From Candidatus Omnitrophota bacterium (GTDB lineage Bacteria > Omnitrophota > Gorgyraeia > Gygaellales > Profunditerraquicolaceae), in NCBI GenBank assembly GCA_022710715.1, contig JAKLGJ010000001.1:106041-170040 (forward strand): a stretch of 64,000 nt of DNA. Reading direction: 5' to 3'. This document shows positions 1-9,886 of the stretch, piece after piece. The stretch's first letter is position 1. The number at the start of each line of letters is the position of its first letter. The notes beneath the pieces are model-generated. The model searched no databases. It had not been told where the DNA came from and saw nothing but the letters and a program-made list of their open reading frames with translations. The translations under genes and the position numbers were made by a program.

Positions 1-837
1 ACCAAGGAAGAGTTTCCCTATACCGTACGGGTGGTTTCCGAGATCCTGGAATCCAACGGTTCTTCGTCCATGGCCACGGTATGCGCGGCCACGTTGTCTT
101 TGATGGACGCCGGTGTGCCGATCAAGGCCCCGGTCAGCGGCATTGCCATGGGGTTGTTTACCGGTAACGGCAAGGCCGAAATCCTCACCGATATCGCCGG
201 AGTCGAGGATCATTTCGGCGACATGGATTTCAAAGTCGCGGGTACCGCCAAAGGCGTTACCGCGGTGCAGCTGGACTTGAAGATCAAGGGTATCGACCTG
301 GAACTGTTGAAGAAGTGTCTGGCCCAGGCCCTTGAAGCCCGCATGTTCATCCTGAACAAGATGGTCGCGGTGATCAATCAACCTCGCGCGACGCTGTCGA
401 GCTACGCTCCGCGTATCGATAAGATAAAGATCAATACCGAGAAGATCGGCGCGCTGATCGGCCCCGGCGGTAAGACTATCAAACAGATCATCGCGGCAAC
501 CGGCGCGACCATAGACATCGAAGATGACGGTACGGTGCTGGTCGCTTCCAACGATTCCGCAAAATCCCAGGCGGCTATCGCCATGATCAGGGCGATCACC
601 GATGAAGTGGAAGTAGGCAGGACGTATCCCGGAAAGGTCAAGCGGGTCACGAATTTCGGGGCTTTTTGCGAGATCGCTCCCGGAAAAGAAGGCCTGGTGC
701 ATGTTTCCGAACTTTCCGACACTTTTGTCAAGGACGTCAATTCTGTGGTAAAAGTAGGAGATGAGTTCAAGGTCAAAGTTGTCGGGGTTGACGAACTGGG
801 CAGAATCAATTTAAGCAAAAAACGCGCTGAACAATAA
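1..837 (+). CDS. pnp: polynucleotide phosphorylase (PNPase), C-terminal KH + S1 portion; 5' end lies outside the window
   Basis: Frame-1 translation from position 1 reads ...[32 protein letters not shown]..., the conserved PNPase catalytic-core end. KH ([10 protein letters not shown]) and S1 ([15 protein letters not shown]) motifs follow. Confidence 0.9.
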   Translation, partial: TKEEFPYTVRVVSEILESNGSSSMATVCAATLSLMDAGVPIKAPVSGIAMGLFTGNGKAEILTDIAGVEDHFGDMDFKVAGTAKGVTAVQLDLKIKGIDLELLKKCLAQALEARMFILNKMVAVINQPRATLSSYAPRIDKIKINTEKIGALIGPGGKTIKQIIAATGATIDIEDDGTVLVASNDSAKSQAAIAMIRAITDEVEVGRTYPGKVKRVTNFGAFCEIAPGKEGLVHVSELSDTFVKDVNSVVKVGDEFKVKVVGVDELGRINLSKKRAEQ

Positions 838-841
838 CACG

Positions 842-3073
842 GTGAATGAGAAGCGCATAAATGAATTCAAAGGCGTCATTCTACTCGCAGCTGGCCTGGT
901 CATCCTTGCCAGTCTGCTATCGTTTGATTCCAATGACCTCCCGTTTTACACTTCGCATCCCCATATCCCCCCCAAGAATCTGATCAGTACCTTTGGAGCC
1001 TATCTGGCGGGCATTCTGATGTTCCTTTTCGGCTGGGCGAGCTATTGTTTACCGGCTTTTTTCCTCTGGTTAGGCACACAGTTTTTCCGGAATCAGCCGC
1101 CCCTGGTCAGAGCAGGGCGCATTATCGGTCTGATCCTGCTGGTGCTTTCCAGCTGTGCGCTGATCGGTCTGATGACCATGCGGGCGGAAGTGGTCAGCGC
1201 TTTCCGGGCGGGTTTTCTGGGATTCATCATCGCTAAATCCATCGCTGCTTATTTCGGCGAGCTGGGCGGATACATTCTGTTCAGTACCCTGATCGTGCTT
1301 TCTCTGGCACTGGTTACGGAGATCCTCATTTCCACCATCCTGATGCACACCGTGGATAAGTCGCAGCTGCTTATCGACACGTTGATGCCGGGTCATAAGA
1401 CCGAGAAACGCGCTCCTGCCGCAAAAAAACCTTTTGCGTTGAAGCTGCCTTTCAATCTGCCTAAACCCGCGCCGACAAAGAACGGACAGCCCAAAGTCAA
1501 TCTGCAGCAGCCGCTGGCGAAGGAACAATTGCAATCACCGGAGCAGCCGTTACCCGTACCGATCAAACCCAAGATAAAGATCAAGGAAGAAGCGCAGAAA
1601 GAAGAGAAAGCGCCCGGTCCCAAGGCCGTCACCATCAAATCCGGCGAGTACCAGTTGCCTGCGCTCGACCTTCTGGATAATCCGCCACCCATCGAGGCAC
1701 GTCAGATCAAGGAAGACCTCACCAACAACGCCCGCATTCTCGAAGACACGCTCGCGGATTTCGGGATCGCGGTCAAGGTTACCGATATCGAACGCGGGCC
1801 GATCATCACCCGGTATGAACTCGAGCCTGCGCCGGGAGTGAAGGTCAACCGCATCGAAGCGCTGGAGGATGATATTGCCTTATCGATGAAGGCGCAGTCG
1901 GTCAGGATCATCGCGCCGATCCCGGGAAAAGCCAGGGTGGGAGTGGAAGTCCCGAACCTGCAGAGCAGCCTGGTATATTTAAAGGAAGTGCTCTCTTCCG
2001 ACGAATTTCAGAAGACCAAAGGTAAACTTGCCCTCGCGCTGGGCAAGGATATTTCCGGGCAGGCGGTTATCGCCGATCTGGCCCAGATGCCGCATTTGCT
2101 TATCGCCGGGACTACCGGTTCCGGAAAGACGGTGTGCGTCAATACCATTATCCTGTCTCTGTTATTCCGTTATACGCCCAATGAGCTGAAGATGCTGATG
2201 ATCGATCCTAAAATGGTCGAGCTGGCGCCTTTTAACGGGTTGCCGCATCTGCTGTCGCCGGTAGTTACGGAATCGAAAAAGGCGTCCACCGCTTTGAACT
2301 GGGTGGTTATTGAAATGGAGCGACGCTACCATTTGCTGGCCGAGGCCGGAACCAGGAATATTCAGGCGTATAACGAGAAGCAGGAGAAGCTCCCCTTTAT
2401 CGTGGTGGTCATAGACGAATTCGCCGATTTGATGGTGGTGGCGCGCGATCAGGTGGAAAACGCGGTGACCCGGCTGGCGCAATTATCGCGCGCCGTCGGC
2501 ATACATCTCATTCTGGCCACGCAGCGGCCTTCGGTGGACGTTATTACCGGTGTCATTAAAGCCAATCTGCCTGCCCGTATTTCTTTCAAAGTCGCTTCCA
2601 AGGTCGATTCGCGCACCGTTCTGGACGGCAACGGCGCGGACAAATTGCTGGGCAGAGGGGATATGCTTTTTTCCCGTCCGGAGGATTCCAAACTTGTCCG
2701 GGCCCAGGGTGCGCTGGTCAGGGACCACGAGATCGAGAAGGTGGTGGCAAGCATCAAGGTGCAGGCCGAGCCGGTGTATGACGAGACTATCGTCAAGGAA
2801 CAGCAGAAGACCGGCGCCGCATCGGGCGAGAAAGATGAGTTGTATGATGAGGCGGTGCGGGTCGTCATGGAAAGCAATCAGGCTTCCGTTTCCATCCTGC
2901 AGCGCAGGATGCGCCTGGGATACACCCGCGCCGGACGGCTTATCGATATGATGCATGAGGAAGGACTGGTCGGACCCTATGAAGGCAGCAAACCCCGCAA
3001 GATCCTGGTCGACCGCCAGGCCTGGTTGACGAAATTGACCAATCCCGAAGTAAGTCAGGCTACCCACGAATAA
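842..3073 (+). CDS. ftsK: DNA translocase FtsK/SpoIIIE
   Basis: N-terminal multi-TM segment, proline-rich linker, Walker A GTTGSGKTV, C-terminal gamma domain (ILQRRMRLGYTRAGRLID). GTG start. Confidence 0.92.
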   Translation: MNEKRINEFKGVILLAAGLVILASLLSFDSNDLPFYTSHPHIPPKNLISTFGAYLAGILMFLFGWASYCLPAFFLWLGTQFFRNQPPLVRAGRIIGLILLVLSSCALIGLMTMRAEVVSAFRAGFLGFIIAKSIAAYFGELGGYILFSTLIVLSLALVTEILISTILMHTVDKSQLLIDTLMPGHKTEKRAPAAKKPFALKLPFNLPKPAPTKNGQPKVNLQQPLAKEQLQSPEQPLPVPIKPKIKIKEEAQKEEKAPGPKAVTIKSGEYQLPALDLLDNPPPIEARQIKEDLTNNARILEDTLADFGIAVKVTDIERGPIITRYELEPAPGVKVNRIEALEDDIALSMKAQSVRIIAPIPGKARVGVEVPNLQSSLVYLKEVLSSDEFQKTKGKLALALGKDISGQAVIADLAQMPHLLIAGTTGSGKTVCVNTIILSLLFRYTPNELKMLMIDPKMVELAPFNGLPHLLSPVVTESKKASTALNWVVIEMERRYHLLAEAGTRNIQAYNEKQEKLPFIVVVIDEFADLMVVARDQVENAVTRLAQLSRAVGIHLILATQRPSVDVITGVIKANLPARISFKVASKVDSRTVLDGNGADKLLGRGDMLFSRPEDSKLVRAQGALVRDHEIEKVVASIKVQAEPVYDETIVKEQQKTGAASGEKDELYDEAVRVVMESNQASVSILQRRMRLGYTRAGRLIDMMHEEGLVGPYEGSKPRKILVDRQAWLTKLTNPEVSQATHE

Positions 3074-3099
3074 ACCTTTTTAGCAAGGATTGTAACACT

Positions 3100-3954
3100 A
3101 TGGAAAAGACCGGGGAAAGGCTTAAGAATATCCGTCTTGAGAAAGGCATCAGTCTTGAAGAGGTGCATAAAAGGACCAGGGTGCATCTGTCCATTCTGCG
3201 CGCCATCGAAGACGACGATTTCATCAACCTGAATCCGGTATATGTCAAGGGGTTCATCAAGTTGTATTGCCAGTTCCTGGGAGTAAACCCCGCGGATTTC
3301 ATTAAAGAACACCGCGAGCCGCTGGTGACCGTGACCGCTTCTGATACCGAGGATAAGGCGGTGACGTTCCTCCGGCCGCCGCCGCCGCGTTCTTTTGCGG
3401 TGGACTTCAAGCTGATTTCGTTCTTTGTGGGCGTGATCGCCGCGGTTTTCCTGTTGATCGCGCTGTTGCGTTTCATCGGCGGGCAGATGTCCCGGATGCG
3501 GGCAGATGCCAAGAAGCCTGTGGCCGCGGCGCAGCAGCAAAAGAAAAAACGGGCGGTTAAGCCCGCGGCGAAGCCGGCGCTTAAGCAAGCGCCTCAACCG
3601 CGGCAGCAAGCGGTTGCGCCCGCTGCGAAACCCGCGACTAACGCGGTTAAGCCCGCGACCGGAGCCGGTTCTTCCGCCGCAGCAGAGAAAGGCACGCCTA
3701 TCCGCGTAGGCATCCACGCCAAAGAAGACTGCTGGTTGCAGGTTAAAGTCGACGGAAAGATCGTTTTTCAGAGCGTGCTGGCACGGGGAAGGTTGGAGAG
3801 CTGGCAGGCGCAGGAAAAAATCGAATTATCCCTCGGCAGCGCCGGGGGGGTGGAACTGGAAATCAACGGCAGCCGTATCCCGCCTCTTGGTCGCAAAGGC
3901 CAGGTCCTGCGCAACGTCCGCATCAACAGGGACGGCCTGCAGGTCGGCAAGTAG
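3100..3954 (+). CDS. rodZ: cytoskeleton protein RodZ
   Basis: N-terminal XRE-type HTH, single TM, Ala/Pro/Lys-rich linker, C-terminal DUF4115-like beta domain. Confidence 0.8.
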   Translation: MEKTGERLKNIRLEKGISLEEVHKRTRVHLSILRAIEDDDFINLNPVYVKGFIKLYCQFLGVNPADFIKEHREPLVTVTASDTEDKAVTFLRPPPPRSFAVDFKLISFFVGVIAAVFLLIALLRFIGGQMSRMRADAKKPVAAAQQQKKKRAVKPAAKPALKQAPQPRQQAVAPAAKPATNAVKPATGAGSSAAAEKGTPIRVGIHAKEDCWLQVKVDGKIVFQSVLARGRLESWQAQEKIELSLGSAGGVELEINGSRIPPLGRKGQVLRNVRINRDGLQVGK

Positions 3955-3970
3955 ATGATGTTGGTCATGC

Positions 3971-5221
3971 ATGCGTAAATCTTCCGTAGGGATTTTAAGT
4001 CTTGGCTGTCCGCGCAATCTCGTCGATTCCGAGCGCATGCTCGGGGCCCTGAAAGCCAGAGGGCATACCGTCGCGGATATGCACAAGGCCGCTATCGGTA
4101 TCGTCAATACCTGTGCTTTTGTGCATGACGCCAAGACCGAGTCCATCGACGCCATCCTCGATCTGATCCAGCTTAAAAAAGAAGGGAAACTTAAAAAAAT
4201 TATCGTCTGCGGCTGCCTTGCGCAGCGCTACGGCGATACCCTGCGCAGGGAGTTACCTGAAGTGGACGCTTTTGTCGGCGCACAATCCCTGGAGGCGTCG
4301 GTAGAGCGTTTTGCGCTCACGCCGGCTCATTACGCCTACTTGAAGATTTCCGAGGGGTGTGTGAGCAAGTGCAGTTTCTGCGTGATCCCCCGGATCAAAG
4401 GACCCTATACCAGCCTGTCAGAGCGCGCGGTCCTCGCGCAGAGCCGGATGTTCGACAGTCAAAGCGTTGCAGAATTGAATATTATCGGGCAGGATGTCAC
4501 TGCGTATGGCGTTGATCTGCCCGGTAAACCCGGTCTGGCGCGCCTTCTTGCCCGGGTGATCAAGACAGCCCCGCATATTCGCTGGTTCAGGCTGCTGTAT
4601 CTGTATCCTTCGCGGATTACCGATGAGCTGCTGGCGGTCATCCGCGATGAACCGCGTTTCTGCAAATATATCGATGTGCCGATTCAGCACAGCGCGTCCC
4701 GTATCCTGAAATTAATGAACCGCGGCAGCACGCGTGATTCGCTGCGCCGGCTTATCGACCGGATCCGCACGGCGCTGCCCGGCGCCGCGCTGCGCACATC
4801 GGTGATCGTGGGGTTCCCTTCCGAGACGGACAGGGAATTCGAAGGGTTGCTTGCTTTCATCAAAGAGGCGCGTTTCGAACGGCTGGGCGCTTTTATCTAT
4901 TCCGCGGAAGAAAGCACTCCTGCCGCCGGATTGCCGGGTCAGATTCCGCAAACGGTCCAGAGGGAGCGGTTCAACCGGCTGATGGCTTTGCAGCAGCAGA
5001 TTTCCGGTGAGTGCAACGAGCGCCTCCTGGGCACCGAGATGGAAGTGCTGATAGAAGAGCGGGATCAGGCCGGAGGGTATCTGGCCCGCAGTCAGTTCGA
5101 TGCTCCGGAAGTCGACGGGCTGGTCTACGTGCGCACCCGGAAGAAATTTATACCAGGAGACTTTGCAAAAGTCAGAATTTGTGATACACTAGAATACGAT
5201 CTGGTAGGAGAGACCTTATGA
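3971..5221 (+). CDS. rimO: ribosomal protein S12 methylthiotransferase RimO (MiaB-family radical SAM with TRAM domain)
   Basis: N-terminal MTTase domain (LGCPRN), radical SAM CSFCVIP (CxxxCxxC), C-terminal TRAM domain. Size is 416 aa. Confidence 0.85.
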   Translation: MRKSSVGILSLGCPRNLVDSERMLGALKARGHTVADMHKAAIGIVNTCAFVHDAKTESIDAILDLIQLKKEGKLKKIIVCGCLAQRYGDTLRRELPEVDAFVGAQSLEASVERFALTPAHYAYLKISEGCVSKCSFCVIPRIKGPYTSLSERAVLAQSRMFDSQSVAELNIIGQDVTAYGVDLPGKPGLARLLARVIKTAPHIRWFRLLYLYPSRITDELLAVIRDEPRFCKYIDVPIQHSASRILKLMNRGSTRDSLRRLIDRIRTALPGAALRTSVIVGFPSETDREFEGLLAFIKEARFERLGAFIYSAEESTPAAGLPGQIPQTVQRERFNRLMALQQQISGECNERLLGTEMEVLIEERDQAGGYLARSQFDAPEVDGLVYVRTRKKFIPGDFAKVRICDTLEYDLVGETL

Positions 5222-5796
5222 ATATTGCCAACAAACTGACTATTCTACGCATCATCCTGACGTTCGTCTTCATGATCTTTCTTTCCGTGCCCGGGCCGGG
5301 ATGGAAGATCGCCAGCCTTTTGATCTTTACCTCCGCCGCAATATCGGATTTCCTCGACGGCATGCTCGCCTCCAAGCGCAATATGATCACTGATTTCGGC
5401 AAGCTCATGGATCCTATCGCCGATAAGATCCTGGTTCTGTCCGCATTCGCCGCTTTCGTGCAAATGGGGCTGGTCCGCGACTGGATGTTCATGATCATCA
5501 TTTCGCGCGAGATACTGATTACGTCTTTGCGGCTTTTCGCTTTGAATAAAGGTAAAGTCCTTTCCGCGGGCAAGATGGGTAAAGGCAAGACCGTCTCCCA
5601 GATGGTGATCATTTTCGTTATTCTGGGTTTTATCGTTTTCAAAGAAGTGATGCTTTCCTATTACACCTGGAATCCCAACTGGGAATACGGTTTTCACCAG
5701 GGGATAGATATCTTCATGTGGTTTATCGTGGCTCTGACTCTGTATTCCGGGTTCTCGTACCTCTGGAGCAACCGCAAGATCATCACTAATATTTAA
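5218..5796 (+). CDS. pgsA: CDP-diacylglycerol--glycerol-3-phosphate 3-phosphatidyltransferase
   Basis: CDP-alcohol phosphatidyltransferase motif DFLDGMLAS...G...DPIADKI. Multi-TM, 192 aa. Confidence 0.88.
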   Translation: MNIANKLTILRIILTFVFMIFLSVPGPGWKIASLLIFTSAAISDFLDGMLASKRNMITDFGKLMDPIADKILVLSAFAAFVQMGLVRDWMFMIIISREILITSLRLFALNKGKVLSAGKMGKGKTVSQMVIIFVILGFIVFKEVMLSYYTWNPNWEYGFHQGIDIFMWFIVALTLYSGFSYLWSNRKIITNI

Positions 5797-5804
5797 CTTC
5801 CTCT

Positions 5805-6257
5805 ATGCAGCCTTTTCTGGTAAAGCAAATCACGACATTCATGGGTGTCGGGTATCTTCCGCTGGTGCCGGGCACATTCGGCAGCGCGGCAGGGTTAGGG
5901 ATATTCCTGTCAGTGCAGGGGCAGCCGTTGCAGGTTGTGCTGATTCTGGCGGTATTGCTGGCGCTGGGGCTGGGGTTTGGCGGCCAGGCCGAAAAGGTGT
6001 TTGGTAAAAAAGACCCGAAATTCGTGGTTATAGACGAAGTCTGCGGGATGCTGATCAGTCTGCTTTTCCTGCCGCGCTACGACCTGCAGGTCCTGGCGCT
6101 GGCTTTTGTTCTGTTCCGCGGGTTGGATACAGTCAAGATTTTTCCTGCCGGCAAGATCCAGGATATGCATGGGGCTGTGGGGATCATAGGGGACGACGTG
6201 GTCGCCGCAGTCTACACCAACGCCATCCTTCAAGTGGTTTTGAGAGTACTCTCCTGA
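5805..6257 (+). CDS. pgpA: phosphatidylglycerophosphatase A
   Basis: PgpA signature GVGYLPLVPGTFGS and IDEVCGM; 150 aa. Confidence 0.85.
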   Translation: MQPFLVKQITTFMGVGYLPLVPGTFGSAAGLGIFLSVQGQPLQVVLILAVLLALGLGFGGQAEKVFGKKDPKFVVIDEVCGMLISLLFLPRYDLQVLALAFVLFRGLDTVKIFPAGKIQDMHGAVGIIGDDVVAAVYTNAILQVVLRVLS

Positions 6258-6802
6258 ACAATTTCGTAGATCGGACCGTGGGGCGTCAGCGTGCTTTTGA
6301 AAAGGGTTAAGGTTTGTACCCGGAAAGAAAGCTGCTGCCGGCCGGGCTGGTCTTTAAGGCTTATCAGCGCCTGGGTCAGTTCCTTCAGGTGGGCGGTGCT
6401 GCGGGTTCTGCCCAGCGTGATGTGTGCGGCGAAGGTGCGTTCTTCTTTGGGGATACCGATGCGGATGAGTTGATTCTCGAGATCCTGCACCACATCCTGC
6501 ATCTGTCCTGCGCCGGCGTTCATGCCGACCCAGATGATCCGGGGGGATTCCGGACGCGGAAACGCCCCCAGCGTAGAGAGACCGGCATTGAAAGCCGGGA
6601 ATGAGCCGGCTACTTTATCCAGGGCTATGCCTATTTCCTTGCGCGAGGTTTCATCGATCTCATCCAGGAATTTGAGAGTGAGATGGAGTTGTGCCGGATC
6701 GACCCATTTCACGTCAGCCTGGCTTATTTTAAGCTTCTCCTGCAGCCGGTGCAGGCCGTCTTTGATCTCTTCAGGTAATGTCACCGCGATAAAAGCGCGC
6801 AT
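6230..6802 (-). CDS. thpR: RNA 2',3'-cyclic phosphodiesterase (2H phosphoesterase, LigT/ThpR)
   Basis: Two H-x-T/S-x motifs (HLTLKFL and HITLGR), 190 aa. Its 3' end overlaps pgpA convergently by ~28 bp. Confidence 0.85.
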   Translation of the reverse strand: MRAFIAVTLPEEIKDGLHRLQEKLKISQADVKWVDPAQLHLTLKFLDEIDETSRKEIGIALDKVAGSFPAFNAGLSTLGAFPRPESPRIIWVGMNAGAGQMQDVVQDLENQLIRIGIPKEERTFAAHITLGRTRSTAHLKELTQALISLKDQPGRQQLSFRVQTLTLFKSTLTPHGPIYEIVQESTLKTT

Positions 6803-6804
6803 GG

Positions 6805-7317
6805 TCAGCGTAAACTCCTGTCGAGCATGGTCAGCGCTTGCCGCACTGCCTGCTCTCTGATCGCGCTGCGGCTGCCTTTGAAAAAACAGCGTTTCACCAC
6901 AGTGCGGGAAGAGGTGGAGAGAGATACAAAAACCGTTCCCACCGGTTTTTGTTTTGACCCGCCGCCGGGTCCGGCAATGCCGGTTATCCCGATGCCGAAA
7001 TCCGCATGCGCCAGTTTGCGGACATGGTCGGAGAGCATACTGGCGACTTCCCGGGAGACTGCGCCCCGGCTGGAGATCAGGCTGGAGGGGATGTTCAAAA
7101 GTGAACTTTTGCTGCGGTTACTGTACACTACTACTCCCAGCACGAAGTAGCCGGAGCTGTCGGGAAGACTGGTAAGCCGGCAAGCGAGCATGCCGCCGGT
7201 GCAGGATTCGGCTACAGCTACGGTCTTTTCTTTTAGTAACAGGCGGGTATGTACTTGTCTGATGAGGGGTTGCATAAAACCATTATAGGCTTTTTTAATT
7301 ACCTTGACAAGGAACAA
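6805..7317 (-). CDS. pncC: nicotinamide-nucleotide amidohydrolase PncC (CinA C-terminal domain)
   Basis: CinA_C signature AVAESCTGGMLA, 170 aa. Confidence 0.85.
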   Translation of the reverse strand: MFLVKVIKKAYNGFMQPLIRQVHTRLLLKEKTVAVAESCTGGMLACRLTSLPDSSGYFVLGVVVYSNRSKSSLLNIPSSLISSRGAVSREVASMLSDHVRKLAHADFGIGITGIAGPGGGSKQKPVGTVFVSLSTSSRTVVKRCFFKGSRSAIREQAVRQALTMLDRSLR

Positions 7318-7332
7318 GTTTTATATTATACT
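7304..7332 (+). promoter_or_regulatory. sigma70-type promoter of the riboflavin operon (TTGACA-17-TATACT)
   Basis: TTGACA at 7304-7309, 17-nt spacer, TATACT at 7327-7332, directly upstream of the FMN riboswitch. Confidence 0.6.
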
Positions 7333-7339
7333 CTACAAC

Positions 7340-7580
7340 GTTATCTTCGGGGAAAGGTGAAAGTCCTGACCGGCGGTAAAGCCCGCGAGATTCTTGCATC
7401 TGCACCTGGCGCTTCATAGGTAGTGCGCCAGTGCTTGCTTGTGCAAGGATTACGATCTGGTGAAATTCCAGGGCCGATGGCGCGCCAGAGGGGCGCGTAC
7501 CCGCGCAATTCCTGATTATGCGCGGAGTATGCGCCAGAGGGAATGTTGACGGCGCACAGTCCAGATGAGAGAAGATAAAG
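7340..7580 (+). promoter_or_regulatory. FMN riboswitch (RFN element) aptamer
   Basis: Conserved RFN blocks: P1 TCTTCGGGG, GGTGAAAGTCC, GACCGGCGGTAAAGCCCGCGAG, GATCTGGTGAAATTCCAGGGCCGATGG, CAGTCCAGATGAGAGAAGAT. Sits in the 5' leader of ribBA. Confidence 0.85.
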
Positions 7581-7593
7581 CAGTATTCATTTA

Positions 7594-7618
7594 CCCGAAG
7601 ACTATCTTCGGGTTTTTT
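7594..7618 (+). terminator. riboswitch expression-platform intrinsic terminator
   Basis: Stem CCCGAAGA/TCTTCGGG followed by TTTTTT. The 3' arm is identical to the P1 5' strand (TCTTCGGG, 7345-7352), i.e. a classic P1 versus terminator alternative. Confidence 0.8.
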
Positions 7619-7634
7619 ATTATAAGGAAAAGCC

Positions 7635-8831
7635 ATGTTCAACTCCATACCGGAAATAATCGAAGATCTGAAAAAAGGCCATCTTATCGTGGTGGTTGAC
7701 GATGAAGATCGCGAGAATGAGGGCGATCTGGTCATGCCGGCGTCTTTTGCCAGGCCGGAGCATATTAATTTCATGGTTACTCATGGCCGCGGCCTGGTTT
7801 GCGTGCCGATGGAAGAGGAGCGGCTGGTGCAGCTGGAATTACCGATGATGCCTACCTCTAAACGCGACCCGTTCTCCACCGCCTGGACCATTTCCGTTGA
7901 TGCGGCGGTCGGCGTGACCACCGGAATTTCCGCGCACGACCGCAGCCGGACGATCGAGGTGTTGATCAATCCCCAGTCCCAGCCCGAAGATCTTTCCCGG
8001 CCGGGGCATATCTTTCCGCTTAAAGCGCGTAAAGGCGGGGTGTTGGTGCGCGCCGGACACACCGAGGCGGCGGTCGACCTGACCCGTATGGCCGGTTTGT
8101 ATCCCGCCGGCGTGATCTGCGAGATCATGAACGAAGACGGCACCATGGCCCGCTTGCCGCAGCTGATGGAATTCTGCCGCAAGCACAAACTCAAGCTTTG
8201 TTCGATCGAAGAACTCATCAAGTACCGCAGAAGCGCGGAGAAGCTGATCGAGCGCGTCAGCGTGGCGCAGCTTCCCACGGAATACGGGACCTACCAGATG
8301 ATCGTGTATAAAGACCTGCTTTCCGGGCAGCTGCATGTTGCTCTGACCATGGGGCAATGGAAGAATGAAGCGGTGCTGGTGCGCGTGCATTCAGAATGTT
8401 TGACCGGCGACATTTTCGGCTCTCTACGCTGTGATTGCGGCCGCCAGCTGAAGAAAGCCATGGAGTTGATCCAGCGGGAGAAAAGAGGAGTTATTCTTTA
8501 TATGCGTCAGGAAGGGCGGGGGATCGGCCTGGAAGCCAAGATCCGCGCGTACGGATTGCAGGATAAAGGCATGGATACGGTGGAAGCCAATGAGGCGCTG
8601 GGATTCAAGCCTGACCTGCGCGATTACGGCATCGGCGCGCAGATTCTCTCCGACCTGGGCATCGCCAGGATACGTCTTTTAACCAATAATCCCCGCAAGA
8701 TCGTAGGGCTGGAAGGGTATGGTTTGAAAGTAGTGGAGCGCGTTGCGCTGGAGATCGCTCCCAATCCGGCTAATTACGGTTATCTAAAGACAAAAAAGGA
8801 AAAGCTCGGCCATCAGCTGGAGCTTCGGTAG
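7635..8831 (+). CDS. ribBA: bifunctional 3,4-dihydroxy-2-butanone-4-phosphate synthase / GTP cyclohydrolase II
   Basis: [12 protein letters not shown] synthase motif. GTP cyclohydrolase II zinc ligands CLTGD...RCDCGRQ. Confidence 0.93.
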   Translation: MFNSIPEIIEDLKKGHLIVVVDDEDRENEGDLVMPASFARPEHINFMVTHGRGLVCVPMEEERLVQLELPMMPTSKRDPFSTAWTISVDAAVGVTTGISAHDRSRTIEVLINPQSQPEDLSRPGHIFPLKARKGGVLVRAGHTEAAVDLTRMAGLYPAGVICEIMNEDGTMARLPQLMEFCRKHKLKLCSIEELIKYRRSAEKLIERVSVAQLPTEYGTYQMIVYKDLLSGQLHVALTMGQWKNEAVLVRVHSECLTGDIFGSLRCDCGRQLKKAMELIQREKRGVILYMRQEGRGIGLEAKIRAYGLQDKGMDTVEANEALGFKPDLRDYGIGAQILSDLGIARIRLLTNNPRKIVGLEGYGLKVVERVALEIAPNPANYGYLKTKKEKLGHQLELR

Positions 8832-8966
8832 CACTTCGCGCAGATTGCACCTAACGCTAATAAGGAATTGCGTTAGTGTTTCCCTTGAGGGAATAGTGCC
8901 CTTGTGGGCGTATACCTTGCGCAATCGGAATGCGCAAGTATTGCCCCTGTGGGCAAGGAGGTTGGG

Positions 8967-9434
8967 ATGAGTAAAGTAATCGAAGGGATGATGACGGCAA
9001 AAGGCAGGAAGTTCGGGATAGTTGCTTCGCGGTTCAATGATTTTATGACCAAAGAACTGATCGACGGTTGTCTGGATACGCTCAAGAGGCACGGAGCGGA
9101 TGAAGATGATCTGACCGTGGTCTGGGTTCCCGGCGCGTTCGAGATCCCGGTGGTAGCCCAGAAAATGGCTCGCTCCAAATCTTTCGATTCGTTGATCTGT
9201 CTGGGCACGATCATCCGTGGAGCGACCCCGCATTTTGATTTTGTCGCTTCCGAAGCGGCTAAGGGCGTGGCGCGTATTTCCCAGGATACGGGTTTGCCGG
9301 TCATTTTCGGCATTATTACCGCGGATACCATCGAACAGGCGATTGAACGCGCAGGGACCAAAGACGGAAACAAAGGCAAAGACGCGGCGCTTTCCGCGAT
9401 CGAAATGGTTAACCTCATGGGGCAGCTTAAATAA
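8967..9434 (+). CDS. ribH: 6,7-dimethyl-8-ribityllumazine synthase
   Basis: MSKVIEG...[11 protein letters not shown]...GAFEIPV lumazine synthase signature. RBS AAGGAGG at 8955-8961. The upstream ORF extension from 8904 was judged spurious. Confidence 0.9.
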   Translation: MSKVIEGMMTAKGRKFGIVASRFNDFMTKELIDGCLDTLKRHGADEDDLTVVWVPGAFEIPVVAQKMARSKSFDSLICLGTIIRGATPHFDFVASEAAKGVARISQDTGLPVIFGIITADTIEQAIERAGTKDGNKGKDAALSAIEMVNLMGQLK

Positions 9435-9440
9435 TCGCGT

Positions 9441-9857
9441 ATGAGAAAACGTACCCTTGCTCGAGAACTGGCTTTGCAGGTCCTCTACCAGATGGATATT
9501 ACCCGGCAGGATCCTCCCACGGCTCTGCAGCATTTCTGGCTGATGACCGAATTCAAGGAAGTTGAAGATGAGGTGAGGAAATTCACCGAAGAACTGGTGC
9601 TGGGCGTTACCGAGCATCTCGAGCCGATCGATGCCAAGATCGCCGAATACGCCACTAACTGGGAATTGAGCCGCATGGCGGTAGTGGACAGAAATGTCCT
9701 GCGCCTGGGTAGTTGTGAATTACTGTTCCGCACGGATATCCCGCCGAAAGTTTCCATCAATGAAGCGGTTGAGCTGGCCAAGAAGTTCTCCGGCGTGCAA
9801 GCCGGAAAATTCGTTAACGGCATTCTGGATAAGATCAAGGGGAACCGCAGCGCGTAG
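9441..9857 (+). CDS. nusB: transcription antitermination factor NusB
   Basis: RELALQVLYQ NusB signature, 138 aa, in the conserved ribH-nusB linkage. Confidence 0.88.
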   Translation: MRKRTLARELALQVLYQMDITRQDPPTALQHFWLMTEFKEVEDEVRKFTEELVLGVTEHLEPIDAKIAEYATNWELSRMAVVDRNVLRLGSCELLFRTDIPPKVSINEAVELAKKFSGVQAGKFVNGILDKIKGNRSA

Positions 9858-9886
9858 CTTCCGCGTCTCTTCCTGCGATAATTTTT

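Noticed and set aside
1045-3709. Internal + strand alternative-frame ORFs within ftsK/rodZ (1045-1236, 2550-2951, 3506-3709) and similar ones elsewhere (9217-9444, 9694-9894, 18721-19167, 19080-19331, 20424-20729)
   Set aside because: They are embedded in other frames of well-supported genes, arginine/proline-rich with low complexity, and lack an RBS. These are typical high-GC frame artefacts.
8904-8966. Upstream extension of the ribH ORF ([21 protein letters not shown]...)
   Set aside because: The extension is made of the hairpin-rich spacer. A strong RBS AAGGAGG precedes the internal MSKVIEG start, which matches the lumazine synthase N-terminus.
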